Of a DNA stretch of 58,068 nt, positions 1 to 8,937 are shown one piece after another. The translations under genes were made by a program, and so were the position numbers. Below the pieces are notes generated by a model, which saw nothing but the letters and a program-made list of their open reading frames with translations, was not told the DNA's origin and did not search any database. Source of the stretch: Spirochaetales bacterium (GTDB lineage Bacteria > Spirochaetota > Spirochaetia > JAFGDJ01); contig JAFGDJ010000040.1 of assembly GCA_016932135.1 (NCBI GenBank), forward strand, positions 1 through 58,068, read 5' to 3'. How positions within the stretch are numbered: position 1 is the first letter of the stretch; the number at the start of each line of letters is the position of its first letter.

Positions 1-275
1 CCATGGTAGGCGAATTCAAGTTTATGCCTGTAGTGATCTTCCAAAACACCCTGAGAAACCATGAATTCCCCGGGAATATTGGCCAGGTATACCAGGGTTA
101 TCCCCTTCCCGTAAGCGGGATGGTCCCGCAAAGTACGAAAAAGGATGCTTTCGGCAAGCACCCCATTGGTCTCCGGGCGCAGGTACAGCACCACGTCTCC
201 GGCTCCGGAAAGGTAATCGGCCTTCGAGAAAGGAATCAACACCTTGGGCAGTCCACCCTGTTCTTTCATCGCCAC
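1..275 (-). CDS. Hypothetical protein, 5' part only (runs off the left edge)
   Basis: Open frame read by hand from GTG275/ATG269: MKEQGGLPKVLIPFSKADYLSGAGDVVLYLRPETNGVLAESILF...LVYLANIPGEF..., with no stop before position 1. TATACT at 288-283 lies 7 nt before the GTG. Confidence 0.7.
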   Translation of the reverse strand, partial: MAMKEQGGLPKVLIPFSKADYLSGAGDVVLYLRPETNGVLAESILFRTLRDHPAYGKGITLVYLANIPGEFMVSQGVLEDHYRHKLEFAYH

Positions 276-360
276 AAAGGAAAGTATAATAAAAAATCCG
301 TATCTCTGCATGGGTGGAAACGGATTATACAAAAAAAGTGTAAAAGGAGTATAAAGAGAA

Positions 361-389
361 TTGAAATAACCTCACCACGGCGGTATCTT
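361..389 (+). promoter_or_regulatory. sigma70-type promoter of the RND operon (leaderless geometry)
   Basis: TTGAAA(361-366), 17 nt, TATCTT(384-389), 6 nt, ATG396; no SD. Confidence 0.6.
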
Positions 390-395
390 GAAAAT

Positions 396-1466
396 ATGAA
401 AAAGAAGCGGTACCTGGATCTGAAATACATCATTCCCCTGGTGCTGGTATCGGCCGGCCTGTTTTATTGGTTCGGCAGCACCCTGGGGGCGGAAGAAAAA
501 ACCGGAACCGAAATCAAACCACCGGTGGTGGTTACCACGCCGGCTTACGGCAGCCTGGAAAGAGTGTTCCGTCTAAACGGTTATGTGGAGGCGGAAACTA
601 CCTTGACTGTTCTCCCCAGGATCAGCGGCAGCCTGACGGAGCTCTCTGTTCAAGTGGGTGAAGCGGTTCAAAAAGGCCGACTGTTAGCCGAAATAGACTC
701 AGAACCCTACAGCCTGACCCTGCAGCAGGCGGAAGCCGCTTACCTGGCGGCAAAATCTACCTTCGAACGGTTGGAACGACTGTATGAATCTCATTCAGCC
801 AGCAAGCAGAGTTACGACGACGCCAAGGCCCAGTATGAAGCCTATAAATCCCAATATGAACTGGCCCGGCTGCAATACAACTACACCAGAATCACTTCTC
901 CCATCGACGGAGTCGTTCTCGCAAGGCATACCTCCGCCGGGTCCCTGGTGGCTCCCCAGGTTCCCATCGTTACCATCGGCGATCTTTCCAGCCTGGTTAT
1001 CCACGCCCGGGTTCCCGAAAGATACTTCAGGAATTTTTACGGCAACACCGAGGAACTGGAAATCAGCGGGAATGTCCCTGCGGCGGGAAACACGATTTTT
1101 CAGGGAAAGATAAAAACCCTTTCCCCCTATATCTCTCCTGAAACAAAAAGCTTTGAAGTCACTATCCAACTTTCCGGTGACACATCCATGATCCGTCCGG
1201 GAATGTTTATCCGCCTGACCTTTCAGATAGACCGGATGGAAAACATCCATTATCTCCCCTTTGCCGCCATAACCGGGCAGGGAGACCTCTGGTATGTGGA
1301 CAGGGAAACGGAAACCGCAGGGAAAATACGAATAGAACCCGATTACAGTAACGACGAATATTTCATGGTGCCGGAGGAATACGCAGGGTACGCCTTCATC
1401 ATAGAAGGACAGCATTTCCTGCGGGAACACCAGGCCGTCAGGATCGTGTCGCAGCGAGAGATGTAA
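396..1466 (+). CDS. RND efflux periplasmic adaptor (membrane fusion protein)
   Basis: N-terminal TM anchor; lipoyl/biotin-like halves PRISGSL...VQVGEAVQKGRLLAEID and TRITSPIDGVV; alpha-hairpin; IRPGMF. Start moved to ATG396 from the ORF-track start at 3. Confidence 0.93.
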   Translation: MKKKRYLDLKYIIPLVLVSAGLFYWFGSTLGAEEKTGTEIKPPVVVTTPAYGSLERVFRLNGYVEAETTLTVLPRISGSLTELSVQVGEAVQKGRLLAEIDSEPYSLTLQQAEAAYLAAKSTFERLERLYESHSASKQSYDDAKAQYEAYKSQYELARLQYNYTRITSPIDGVVLARHTSAGSLVAPQVPIVTIGDLSSLVIHARVPERYFRNFYGNTEELEISGNVPAAGNTIFQGKIKTLSPYISPETKSFEVTIQLSGDTSMIRPGMFIRLTFQIDRMENIHYLPFAAITGQGDLWYVDRETETAGKIRIEPDYSNDEYFMVPEEYAGYAFIIEGQHFLREHQAVRIVSQREM

Positions 1467-1468
1467 GG

Positions 1469-4400
1469 ATGAAGGTCTCCGATTTTTCCATCAAACATCC
1501 GGCAATTATCACCATCCTCCTGATAGCCGTTTTCGTTTTCGGCTTGCTGTCCTTTATCGGGCTGAAGCAGGAACTCTTTCCTCCCATCCAACTGCCCAGT
1601 GTTCTGATCGTCACCACCTATCCGGGGGTGGGACCGGAAGACATAGACACCCAGATAACCTCGGTCATCGAAGACAGTGTATCAACCTTAGCCGGTGTGT
1701 CTTCCATCACCTCGGTATCGGAAGATTCGGTCTCTACGGTTACGGTGGAATTTGAATACGGTGAGGACATTGATCTCAAACTGCCTTCCCTGCGGGAACT
1801 CCTGAACGCTTCATTATCGGATCTGCCCGAAGGGTTGCCCCAGCCGCCGATGATTTTCAAGATGGTCTCTAATTCCATGCCGGTGTTCTCCACCTCGGTG
1901 GAAAGTTCTACCGACCGGGAAGTGTTGAGCGATTTCGTGGATGAACGGGTAGTCCCTTTTATTGCCCGGATCCCCGGAGTATCCCAGGTGCGAGTCAGCG
2001 GCAAAGGCAGCCAGGTGGTGGAAATCCGCCTGCGGCTGAGTCAGCTGGAATCCAAGGGGATTCCCGTGCTGGATATCTACGAACTCCTGCGGTACAGCAA
2101 CATTTCCTTTCCCGCGGGAACCACCATCTTTCGGGGAAACGCCCTGCAGGTCCGAACCCTGGGGGAATTTAACGATCTGGAAGAAATCGAAAACCTGGTA
2201 GTGGCTTTTAAGGACAACACCTACCTTACCCTCAAGGATGTGGCCGACGTGCAGGTGGTACAGGAGAAACCGGAAACCTACACCCTGGACGGCGAAAAGG
2301 AAATCCTGCTGATCGATGTCTTCCGGCAGGAGGGAGCGGACTCGGTAAAGATCATCCGGCGGCTGAGAGGCGTTTTACAGTCGATAGAAGAGGAAACCGG
2401 CGGCACAGTCAGTTTCCGAACCCTGGCAGATGAAGGACAGGATGTCCGCCTGGCCATAAGCTCGGTACAATCCGCCGCCGTGTTCGGTGCTCTTCTGGCG
2501 GTACTGATTCTCTTCTTTTTCCTCCATAATACCCGGACCACCCTGATCATCGGCATATCCATACCCCTGTCCCTGCTCATAGCCTTCGCCCTGATGTATC
2601 TGAAGGGGCAGTCTTTGAACCTTATGACCCTGGGAGCCTTGACTCTGGCCATCGGCATGATCGTGGACTCCTCCATCGTGATTCTGGAAAACATCCACCG
2701 GCACTATCAGTCCGGTCTTTCTCGGAAAGAAGCCGCTTCCAGGGGAGCCGCGGAAATGGCTGGGGCGGTGATCGCGTCCACCACCACCACGGTTTCGGTT
2801 TTTCTCCCTCTGCTCTTCACCCGGGGAATTACCGGGATTATTTTAAAAGACGCCTCCTGGACAGTGATTTACGCCCTCTCCGCGTCCCTCCTGGTCTCGG
2901 TGGTGGTGGTTCCCTATCTGTCGGCCCTCCTATTGAAGAAAGAATCCGCCGGACCCCCGGTAAAAACTTCTCTGGCCGGATTATCCGAAGGAATGATCCG
3001 TGGCCTTTCCGAAGCCTACGAAAAAGCCCTCTCCTGGTCTCTGAACAACCGGCCGTTTGTCTTTTTTATCGCGGTACTCCTCCTGGTTATATCAGTGCCG
3101 GCGGCGGATTTCCTCGATTTCGAGTTTATCCCCAGCACCGACATGAATGAAATTCTTTTGGAAATAGAAACACCCCCGGGGTACACCCTGGAGAAAACCC
3201 GGGAAAAAACGGAGATTCTGGATAACCGGATTCGCTCCCTGGTGCCGGAACTGGAAGCGGCGGTCTACTATGTGGGGCAGAAAAACAGCCTGGGGCTATC
3301 CAGTGCCAAGAACCGCTGTTATGCCAGGCTTCGGCTGGTAAAACATTCCGAACGGTCCCGGTCGGTACACCGGATCGTGCGGCTGCTGCAGGAAACCCTA
3401 CCGGCGGAAATTCCCGACATGAACATTACCGTCAAAAACGGCGGGCTGGACGCCCTGATGGCTATCGTTACCGGCGGTTCGGGGTTCATGATCGAACTGA
3501 CCGGCAGCAACCTGGCCGAACTGATCCTGGCGGGAGAATCGGTGGAAAACCTGATGAAACAGGATCCGAATATCCTGAAAACCGAAAGAACCGTGGGGTA
3601 CGACCGGCAGGAGGTCATCACCGATCTGTCGTTGGATTATATGGGAAACCTGGGGATAACGGCCTACGAAGCGGCTGTTACCGGGCGTATCGTCTTTAAC
3701 GGTATGGAGGCGGGAACCTTTCGAGGTGACGGGTCTAATCATACCATCCTGTTGAACTCCGACGTCACGGGGAAAGAGATTAACGACGATATCCTCAACG
3801 CTTTGACGTTGAAGACCCGGGGCGGGCAGATTGTATCCTTCTCCAGCTTTGCCGACCTGAAAACCGAACCGGCGGTATCTTCGATCCATCGGTCCAATAA
3901 ATCTCTCTCCTTGATCATCACCGGACACCTTTCCGGCGGCAACACCCGGGACACCTCCCGGAGGATCCGGAACGCCCTGGAAGACCTCCGGCTGCCCCCG
4001 GGAATCACCTGGTCGACCACGGGAAGCCAGACGGAGATGATACAGTCCTTTCTTTCCCTTCTGGCGGCTTTGGGGATATCGGTGTTCCTGGTGTACATGG
4101 TCATGGTTATCCAGTTCGAGCGCTTCATCCAGCCCCTCATCGTCATGGCGGCGGTGCCCTTCACCTTTATCGGTGTGGTGGGGAGCCTCCTGGTGTACGG
4201 AACCACCTTAAACATCGTCTCCTTCATGGGCATTATCGCCTTGGGGGGGATCGTGGTGAATAACGCCATCGTTATGATCGACTATACTAACCTGCTTCGC
4301 CGGGAAGGCAAGGCCGACCTCCATGAGGCGGTGCTGAAAGGTGCCGGCTCCCGGCTGAAACCCATCCTCATGACTACCCTTACCACTGTTTTGGGGGTTA

Positions 4401-4558
4401 TCCCCATGGCTTTGGGCTTCGGTGAGGGTGCTGAAATTTACGCTCCCCTGGGCCAGGCCATTTCAGGGGGCCTGGTGTCTTCTACCCTGATAACTCTGTT
4501 TTTGATTCCCACCCTGTATTACACGGTGGAAAAGCGAATCGAAGGAAGAAAACGATGA
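1469..4558 (+). CDS. RND efflux permease, AcrB/AcrD/AcrF family
   Basis: 1029 aa, 12-TM pattern; YPGVGPEDID, GMIVDSSIVILENI, GIVVNNAIVMID, RLKPILMTT. Confidence 0.96.
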   Translation: MKVSDFSIKHPAIITILLIAVFVFGLLSFIGLKQELFPPIQLPSVLIVTTYPGVGPEDIDTQITSVIEDSVSTLAGVSSITSVSEDSVSTVTVEFEYGEDIDLKLPSLRELLNASLSDLPEGLPQPPMIFKMVSNSMPVFSTSVESSTDREVLSDFVDERVVPFIARIPGVSQVRVSGKGSQVVEIRLRLSQLESKGIPVLDIYELLRYSNISFPAGTTIFRGNALQVRTLGEFNDLEEIENLVVAFKDNTYLTLKDVADVQVVQEKPETYTLDGEKEILLIDVFRQEGADSVKIIRRLRGVLQSIEEETGGTVSFRTLADEGQDVRLAISSVQSAAVFGALLAVLILFFFLHNTRTTLIIGISIPLSLLIAFALMYLKGQSLNLMTLGALTLAIGMIVDSSIVILENIHRHYQSGLSRKEAASRGAAEMAGAVIASTTTTVSVFLPLLFTRGITGIILKDASWTVIYALSASLLVSVVVVPYLSALLLKKESAGPPVKTSLAGLSEGMIRGLSEAYEKALSWSLNNRPFVFFIAVLLLVISVPAADFLDFEFIPSTDMNEILLEIETPPGYTLEKTREKTEILDNRIRSLVPELEAAVYYVGQKNSLGLSSAKNRCYARLRLVKHSERSRSVHRIVRLLQETLPAEIPDMNITVKNGGLDALMAIVTGGSGFMIELTGSNLAELILAGESVENLMKQDPNILKTERTVGYDRQEVITDLSLDYMGNLGITAYEAAVTGRIVFNGMEAGTFRGDGSNHTILLNSDVTGKEINDDILNALTLKTRGGQIVSFSSFADLKTEPAVSSIHRSNKSLSLIITGHLSGGNTRDTSRRIRNALEDLRLPPGITWSTTGSQTEMIQSFLSLLAALGISVFLVYMVMVIQFERFIQPLIVMAAVPFTFIGVVGSLLVYGTTLNIVSFMGIIALGGIVVNNAIVMIDYTNLLRREGKADLHEAVLKGAGSRLKPILMTTLTTVLGVIPMALGFGEGAEIYAPLGQAISGGLVSSTLITLFLIPTLYYTVEKRIEGRKR

Positions 4559-5844
4559 AAAGATTCATTCTATCTCTCATGATACTACCGCTCCTCCTGC
4601 TGGCGGCGGGTTGTTCCGTTGTGTTCACCGGGTCCATCACCGGGGAACTCCACGATGCCGACGCCTATGATGCCGGCGACGCCGCTTCGGGGATTGCCGA
4701 CGCGGCGGTGTACCTCTACACCGAAGAGGAGCCCTGGGCCGAAGACCTGGCGGCCTGGGCCGGGGGCACCGGCCCCTTACCCGATTACCCGGCGGACACC
4801 GGCGGAAACCCCCTGGACCCCCGGTACTTCCTTAAAACCGTCACCGACACCGACGGAGCCTTCACCTTCAACGGGTTTATCTGGGAGGAGCTTTTTCCCG
4901 TTTACGGTAAGTCCGGAGACAGGAAGGAAGTCTTTATGCTGTATCACCAGCGGGACTACGGCCTGACGGGAAATGATACACCCATATACATTGTTTCCAA
5001 CGTCACTAACCGACTACCGCCGGTTTCTCTGGAGAAGATAGTCAACACAGCCGTCATTGACGGTATCGTGGAAGATAAATCTTCCGGTGAAGGAATCGCC
5101 AACGTGAACGTGGATGTCTTTGTCCCCGAAAGCTGGGACTATAACGACAGTACGGGAGAAATGGAAAATATCACCTGGTCCAGTGACCCCTCCTACAATC
5201 TGGTCACCAATACCGAGGGAGAGTATTCTTCAGTGATTGAATTCCCCCGAGAACCGGACCTGGTGACAAATGAAGGTACCGTGAAGGTACGGATCGTCTT
5301 CAACAGGAACGGGTATGAGACTTCCAATACTGTTGACGGAAATATTACTGATGGAGGCTGGGACAGGAACGGCGATAGCACGGTGGATTATAACGAAGAC
5401 GATCCGTACCTCCAGACAGACTGGATAACCAACGGACGTTCAGAAACCATAACAACCGTTGACATGGTACGAACAGAATACAGCACCTCGGCGGAAGGCC
5501 GGGTGTTCGACAATATGGGTACTACGGCTTTAAACGGTATTGAGGTACTGCTCTATATCGACCGGGCGAGCCAGCCTACTACGCCTGAGGAGATAGCAGC
5601 CTGGGACGACCGGGTCTATACTCAGACTATCGTCTTAACCGAAGGAGAAATACAGAACGGTAATTACACCTTTACGGGTATTGAATGGGATAAGTCCGCA
5701 AACACCCTGGAGACCAGTGGTTCCCAGACCTATATAACCTGTTACCTGGGCATCGAGGATGCTACCGCCGGAAACTTCACGCTGTATGAAGAAAACATCT
5801 ACTCGGACAGTGAGAACTATTTCGAATACAACCAGAGCCCCTAG
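4555..5844 (+). CDS. Acidic lipoprotein with three carboxypeptidase-regulatory/transthyretin-like beta repeats and an EF-hand-like loop
   Basis: Lipobox LLAAGC; repeats G-x-(L/V)-x-D...G-I-A/E-x-x-x-V-x-L/V...T-D/N-x-x-G-x-F/Y; DRNGDSTVDYNE; ATGA overlap with the pump stop codon. Confidence 0.8.
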   Translation: MKRFILSLMILPLLLLAAGCSVVFTGSITGELHDADAYDAGDAASGIADAAVYLYTEEEPWAEDLAAWAGGTGPLPDYPADTGGNPLDPRYFLKTVTDTDGAFTFNGFIWEELFPVYGKSGDRKEVFMLYHQRDYGLTGNDTPIYIVSNVTNRLPPVSLEKIVNTAVIDGIVEDKSSGEGIANVNVDVFVPESWDYNDSTGEMENITWSSDPSYNLVTNTEGEYSSVIEFPREPDLVTNEGTVKVRIVFNRNGYETSNTVDGNITDGGWDRNGDSTVDYNEDDPYLQTDWITNGRSETITTVDMVRTEYSTSAEGRVFDNMGTTALNGIEVLLYIDRASQPTTPEEIAAWDDRVYTQTIVLTEGEIQNGNYTFTGIEWDKSANTLETSGSQTYITCYLGIEDATAGNFTLYEENIYSDSENYFEYNQSP

Positions 5845-5850
5845 GGTAAT

Positions 5851-7374
5851 ATGATGAGAAATCCACAGAAAAGAAACAATTCTGTCTCCCTGTTTTTCCT
5901 CTTTCTCCTCCTCCCCGCCTTCCTGCCGGCGGAAGAACCCCCCTGGCCCGATGTTCTGCTGGAGAAAGTGGCGGAGATCGACCGGAAGGTGTACGGGGCG
6001 GCGGAGCGGAGGCTGGACCTCTGGTCCCAGGAGGCGGCCCCGCCGGAGCGGGAAGGGGCTCTGGGGCCGGAAGATTTATTCGAACAGGCCCGGTATAACA
6101 ACCAGGAAATTTCCCTGCTGAACATCGAACGGAACAAGATGCTCATTGAAGAACGGGGGGCCAAGGCCAGGAGGTTTCCCACGGTGGACTTCCAGACGGC
6201 CCTCACCCACATCGCCAACCCCATGGATGCGATTAATCTCACCGCCGGAGAGCTGGGGGTCTACAACCTGGCGGGGGAGGAGATCCTCATACCGCCGGAA
6301 GACATGACCCTCTACGAAGGGATGGAGAACAGTCAGTACGACTTTAAAATCATCATCGAACAGCCGGTGTTTACCTGGGGAAAAATCCGCGGGGCCGTGG
6401 AGGCCGCCGGTATCGCCGCCGAAGCGGGAGCCCTGCAGATCGAAAACAAGCAGACGGAGCTCTATTGGAAAATTTACGGATCCATGCACGCCTTGTATTT
6501 CATCGGCCGGATCGAAGAAATTCTGACGCTCCAACAGGAAGCGGTGAACCGGCTTATCGGAATAGCCGAAGACAGTTACGAGAACGGCTTTATCCTTTTG
6601 TCCGACGTGCTGGAAGCCCGCATCCGGGGAAAGGAACTGGACATCGCCCTGGTTCGGCTGAAAACCGAAAAAGACAATCTCCTTATCGACCTGAGCTACA
6701 CCTCCGGAGTAGAACATCTCAATCTGGAAGATCTGGATTTCTCTTCTCTTAAGGAACACCCGGAAGAGATCACCTTGGATAATCGGGAAACCCTTATTCA
6801 AGCCTCCCTGAAGGAGAATCCGAACATAAAACTCTTAGAACTCATGAAGCGAATTCAAGCCTTACGGCAAAGGATCACCGAAGGAGAGAACTACCTGAAA
6901 CCGGACATCGGTCTTCATTTTGAACTGTCCTACTCCGGCAGCCGCTTTCCCTTTCTGGAAAAGGACTGGTACGGTCAAAACCGCTGGAACCTCACCTCTA
7001 CCATCGGGATATCCACAACTATTTTCGACGGCGGACAGCTGATGTCCTCCCTCCTGAAAGAAGCCCAGAACACCGAAGCAGCCATGCACCAATACGAAAA
7101 GGGAGCCCAGGCCATTGCCCGGACAGTTATAGAGACTCTGTTAAAGCTGGAGCTTTCCCTGCAGAACCTGGAATATTACCGGCTGAAAACAGAACAGGGA
7201 CAAAGCAGGCTGGAGCTGAAGCAAACCCAGATGGAGTCGGGGTCCGGCAGCGAATCGGATTACCTCACCCAGGAGATAGAGCTGTACACCGATCTCATCG
7301 AGTATTACCGGGAATGCATCACTTTTTTTTCGGGACTCTATACCTTGAAAGCCCTGACCGGCGGAGAAACCTAG
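5851..7374 (+). CDS. TolC-family outer membrane efflux protein
   Basis: Signal peptide; two OEP repeats (KARRFPTVDF...IEQPVFTWGK; YLKPDIGL...ISTTIFDGG). Confidence 0.88.
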   Translation: MMRNPQKRNNSVSLFFLFLLLPAFLPAEEPPWPDVLLEKVAEIDRKVYGAAERRLDLWSQEAAPPEREGALGPEDLFEQARYNNQEISLLNIERNKMLIEERGAKARRFPTVDFQTALTHIANPMDAINLTAGELGVYNLAGEEILIPPEDMTLYEGMENSQYDFKIIIEQPVFTWGKIRGAVEAAGIAAEAGALQIENKQTELYWKIYGSMHALYFIGRIEEILTLQQEAVNRLIGIAEDSYENGFILLSDVLEARIRGKELDIALVRLKTEKDNLLIDLSYTSGVEHLNLEDLDFSSLKEHPEEITLDNRETLIQASLKENPNIKLLELMKRIQALRQRITEGENYLKPDIGLHFELSYSGSRFPFLEKDWYGQNRWNLTSTIGISTTIFDGGQLMSSLLKEAQNTEAAMHQYEKGAQAIARTVIETLLKLELSLQNLEYYRLKTEQGQSRLELKQTQMESGSGSESDYLTQEIELYTDLIEYYRECITFFSGLYTLKALTGGET

Positions 7375-7385
7375 GAGGCAAAGCC

Positions 7386-8042
7386 ATGGACTTTGATATA
7401 AAAGAGAGGATCATCAAAGGAGCTGAAGCCATCTTCGCCCGGGAAGGCACATCCCGAGTTACTATGGAGGATCTGGCCGAATACCTGAAGATCAGCAAGA
7501 AAACTATATACAATCACTTCAGCAGCAAATCAGCCCTGGTGTACCGGGTGGTGTCCAACCTGATGAAAGACATCGTTCAATCGCTTGAAGAAATCGCCGG
7601 TGACCCGGCTCTTGATTTCACCAGCCGGCTCAAGGCCATTTTAGAGTATTCCTTCACCCAGGTCTCTCGGAACGGCGCCATCATCATGGATAATTATTCC
7701 GGGATGGACTTGCAGGAAACCGACAGCCCCTTTGAGACGATGCGGAGAAAAATCCTCGAACTCTCGAGCCGGCTCTTTCAGGAAGGCATTGAAAAGGGAA
7801 TGATCCGGGACGACCTGGCCAAGGATTTCGTACCATACTTTTATTTGAATGTCATAGAAGGATGTGTCAACATCTACCGGGAGGCCGACATCAGCATCCG
7901 AAAAGAAGAATTATTCCGGGAAGCCTTACGAATCACCTTTGAAGGGATTCTCTCGGATAACGGCCGCAGCCATTTCAGGAAAGGCTCTCTCTTTTCCGAA
8001 GAAACCGAGGCTCCCGGTTTCCGGGACCTGTCGTTACGATAG
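7386..8042 (+). CDS. TetR/AcrR family transcriptional regulator
   Basis: HTH VTMEDLAEYLKISKKTIYNHFSSK; SD AGGAGG before ATG7386. Confidence 0.93.
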   Translation: MDFDIKERIIKGAEAIFAREGTSRVTMEDLAEYLKISKKTIYNHFSSKSALVYRVVSNLMKDIVQSLEEIAGDPALDFTSRLKAILEYSFTQVSRNGAIIMDNYSGMDLQETDSPFETMRRKILELSSRLFQEGIEKGMIRDDLAKDFVPYFYLNVIEGCVNIYREADISIRKEELFREALRITFEGILSDNGRSHFRKGSLFSEETEAPGFRDLSLR

Positions 8043-8906
8043 CTCGGCGGACTTCCGTTCCGGCCGAAGATAGATCGCCCAATACAACACCCCCACGAGT
8101 ATACCCCCTCCGAGAATATTCCCCAGGGTAACGGGAACGAAATTATCCCATACCATGGCTTTCCAGGTAAGCTGCGATAAGGCTTCAGGGTTGAGCCCCG
8201 AGGCTTCCACGGCTTCCGGAAACCTCAACGCGATGATCCCCGCTGGAAGAAAATACATGTTCGCCACCACGTGTTCAAACCCGGAGGTAACAAAGGCCAT
8301 GATGGGAAACAGAACCGCCAAAATTTTCCCTGAGGCATCCTGAGCCGCCGCGGCCATCATGACGGCGATACACACAAGGAAATTGCACCAAATTGCGCGC
8401 ATAAAGAAGGACATCCAGTGGGAAAGCCCCCCCGGGGACAGGGCAACCTTGGTCCAGGCGGTTTTAATAGCCGTGCCCCCTACATCTCCTGCCAGGAGTC
8501 CGGTGAAACCGGCCAGGGAATAGGCCAGCACCAGGCTGCCCAGCAAGTTTGCCAGATACACTACGGTCCAGTTCCGTAAAAGCCCGCCCAGGGTTATTTC
8601 CCCGGCGCAGAGGGGTATGGTCATAAGGCAGTTGCCGGTAAATAATTCCGACCCCGGCAGTAACACCATCATCAATCCGGTGGAAAACACCATGCCGACA
8701 CTAAGCATCTTCAGGCCGTACAGCGCTTCCTGTCCCGCCACAACCCAGCCCGTAGCAACCACGGTAGCCAGGTGAGCCGCCAGACCGACGAAAAACCCCG
8801 CCAGAACCCCCAGGCCGATCAGTTTCCCCAAGGGCATGGCGGCTTTGGTTTTACCGACCTCAATAAAAGAACGGCTTACCTCCTGGGGAGGAAGAATAGA
8901 TTTCAT
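8034..8906 (-). CDS. Formate/nitrite transporter (FNT) family channel
   Basis: GSELFTGN, GFEHVVANM and VTLGNILGG motifs; SD AGGAG. Confidence 0.93.
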   Translation of the reverse strand: MKSILPPQEVSRSFIEVGKTKAAMPLGKLIGLGVLAGFFVGLAAHLATVVATGWVVAGQEALYGLKMLSVGMVFSTGLMMVLLPGSELFTGNCLMTIPLCAGEITLGGLLRNWTVVYLANLLGSLVLAYSLAGFTGLLAGDVGGTAIKTAWTKVALSPGGLSHWMSFFMRAIWCNFLVCIAVMMAAAAQDASGKILAVLFPIMAFVTSGFEHVVANMYFLPAGIIALRFPEAVEASGLNPEALSQLTWKAMVWDNFVPVTLGNILGGGILVGVLYWAIYLRPERKSAELS

Positions 8907-8937
8907 CAGTTTCTCCTTTTACATTAAACCGACGGTT

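Noticed and set aside
3-395. 131-codon N-terminal extension of the MFP ORF
   Set aside because: Overlaps a plausible minus-strand gene and the promoter; the TM anchor starts after ATG396.
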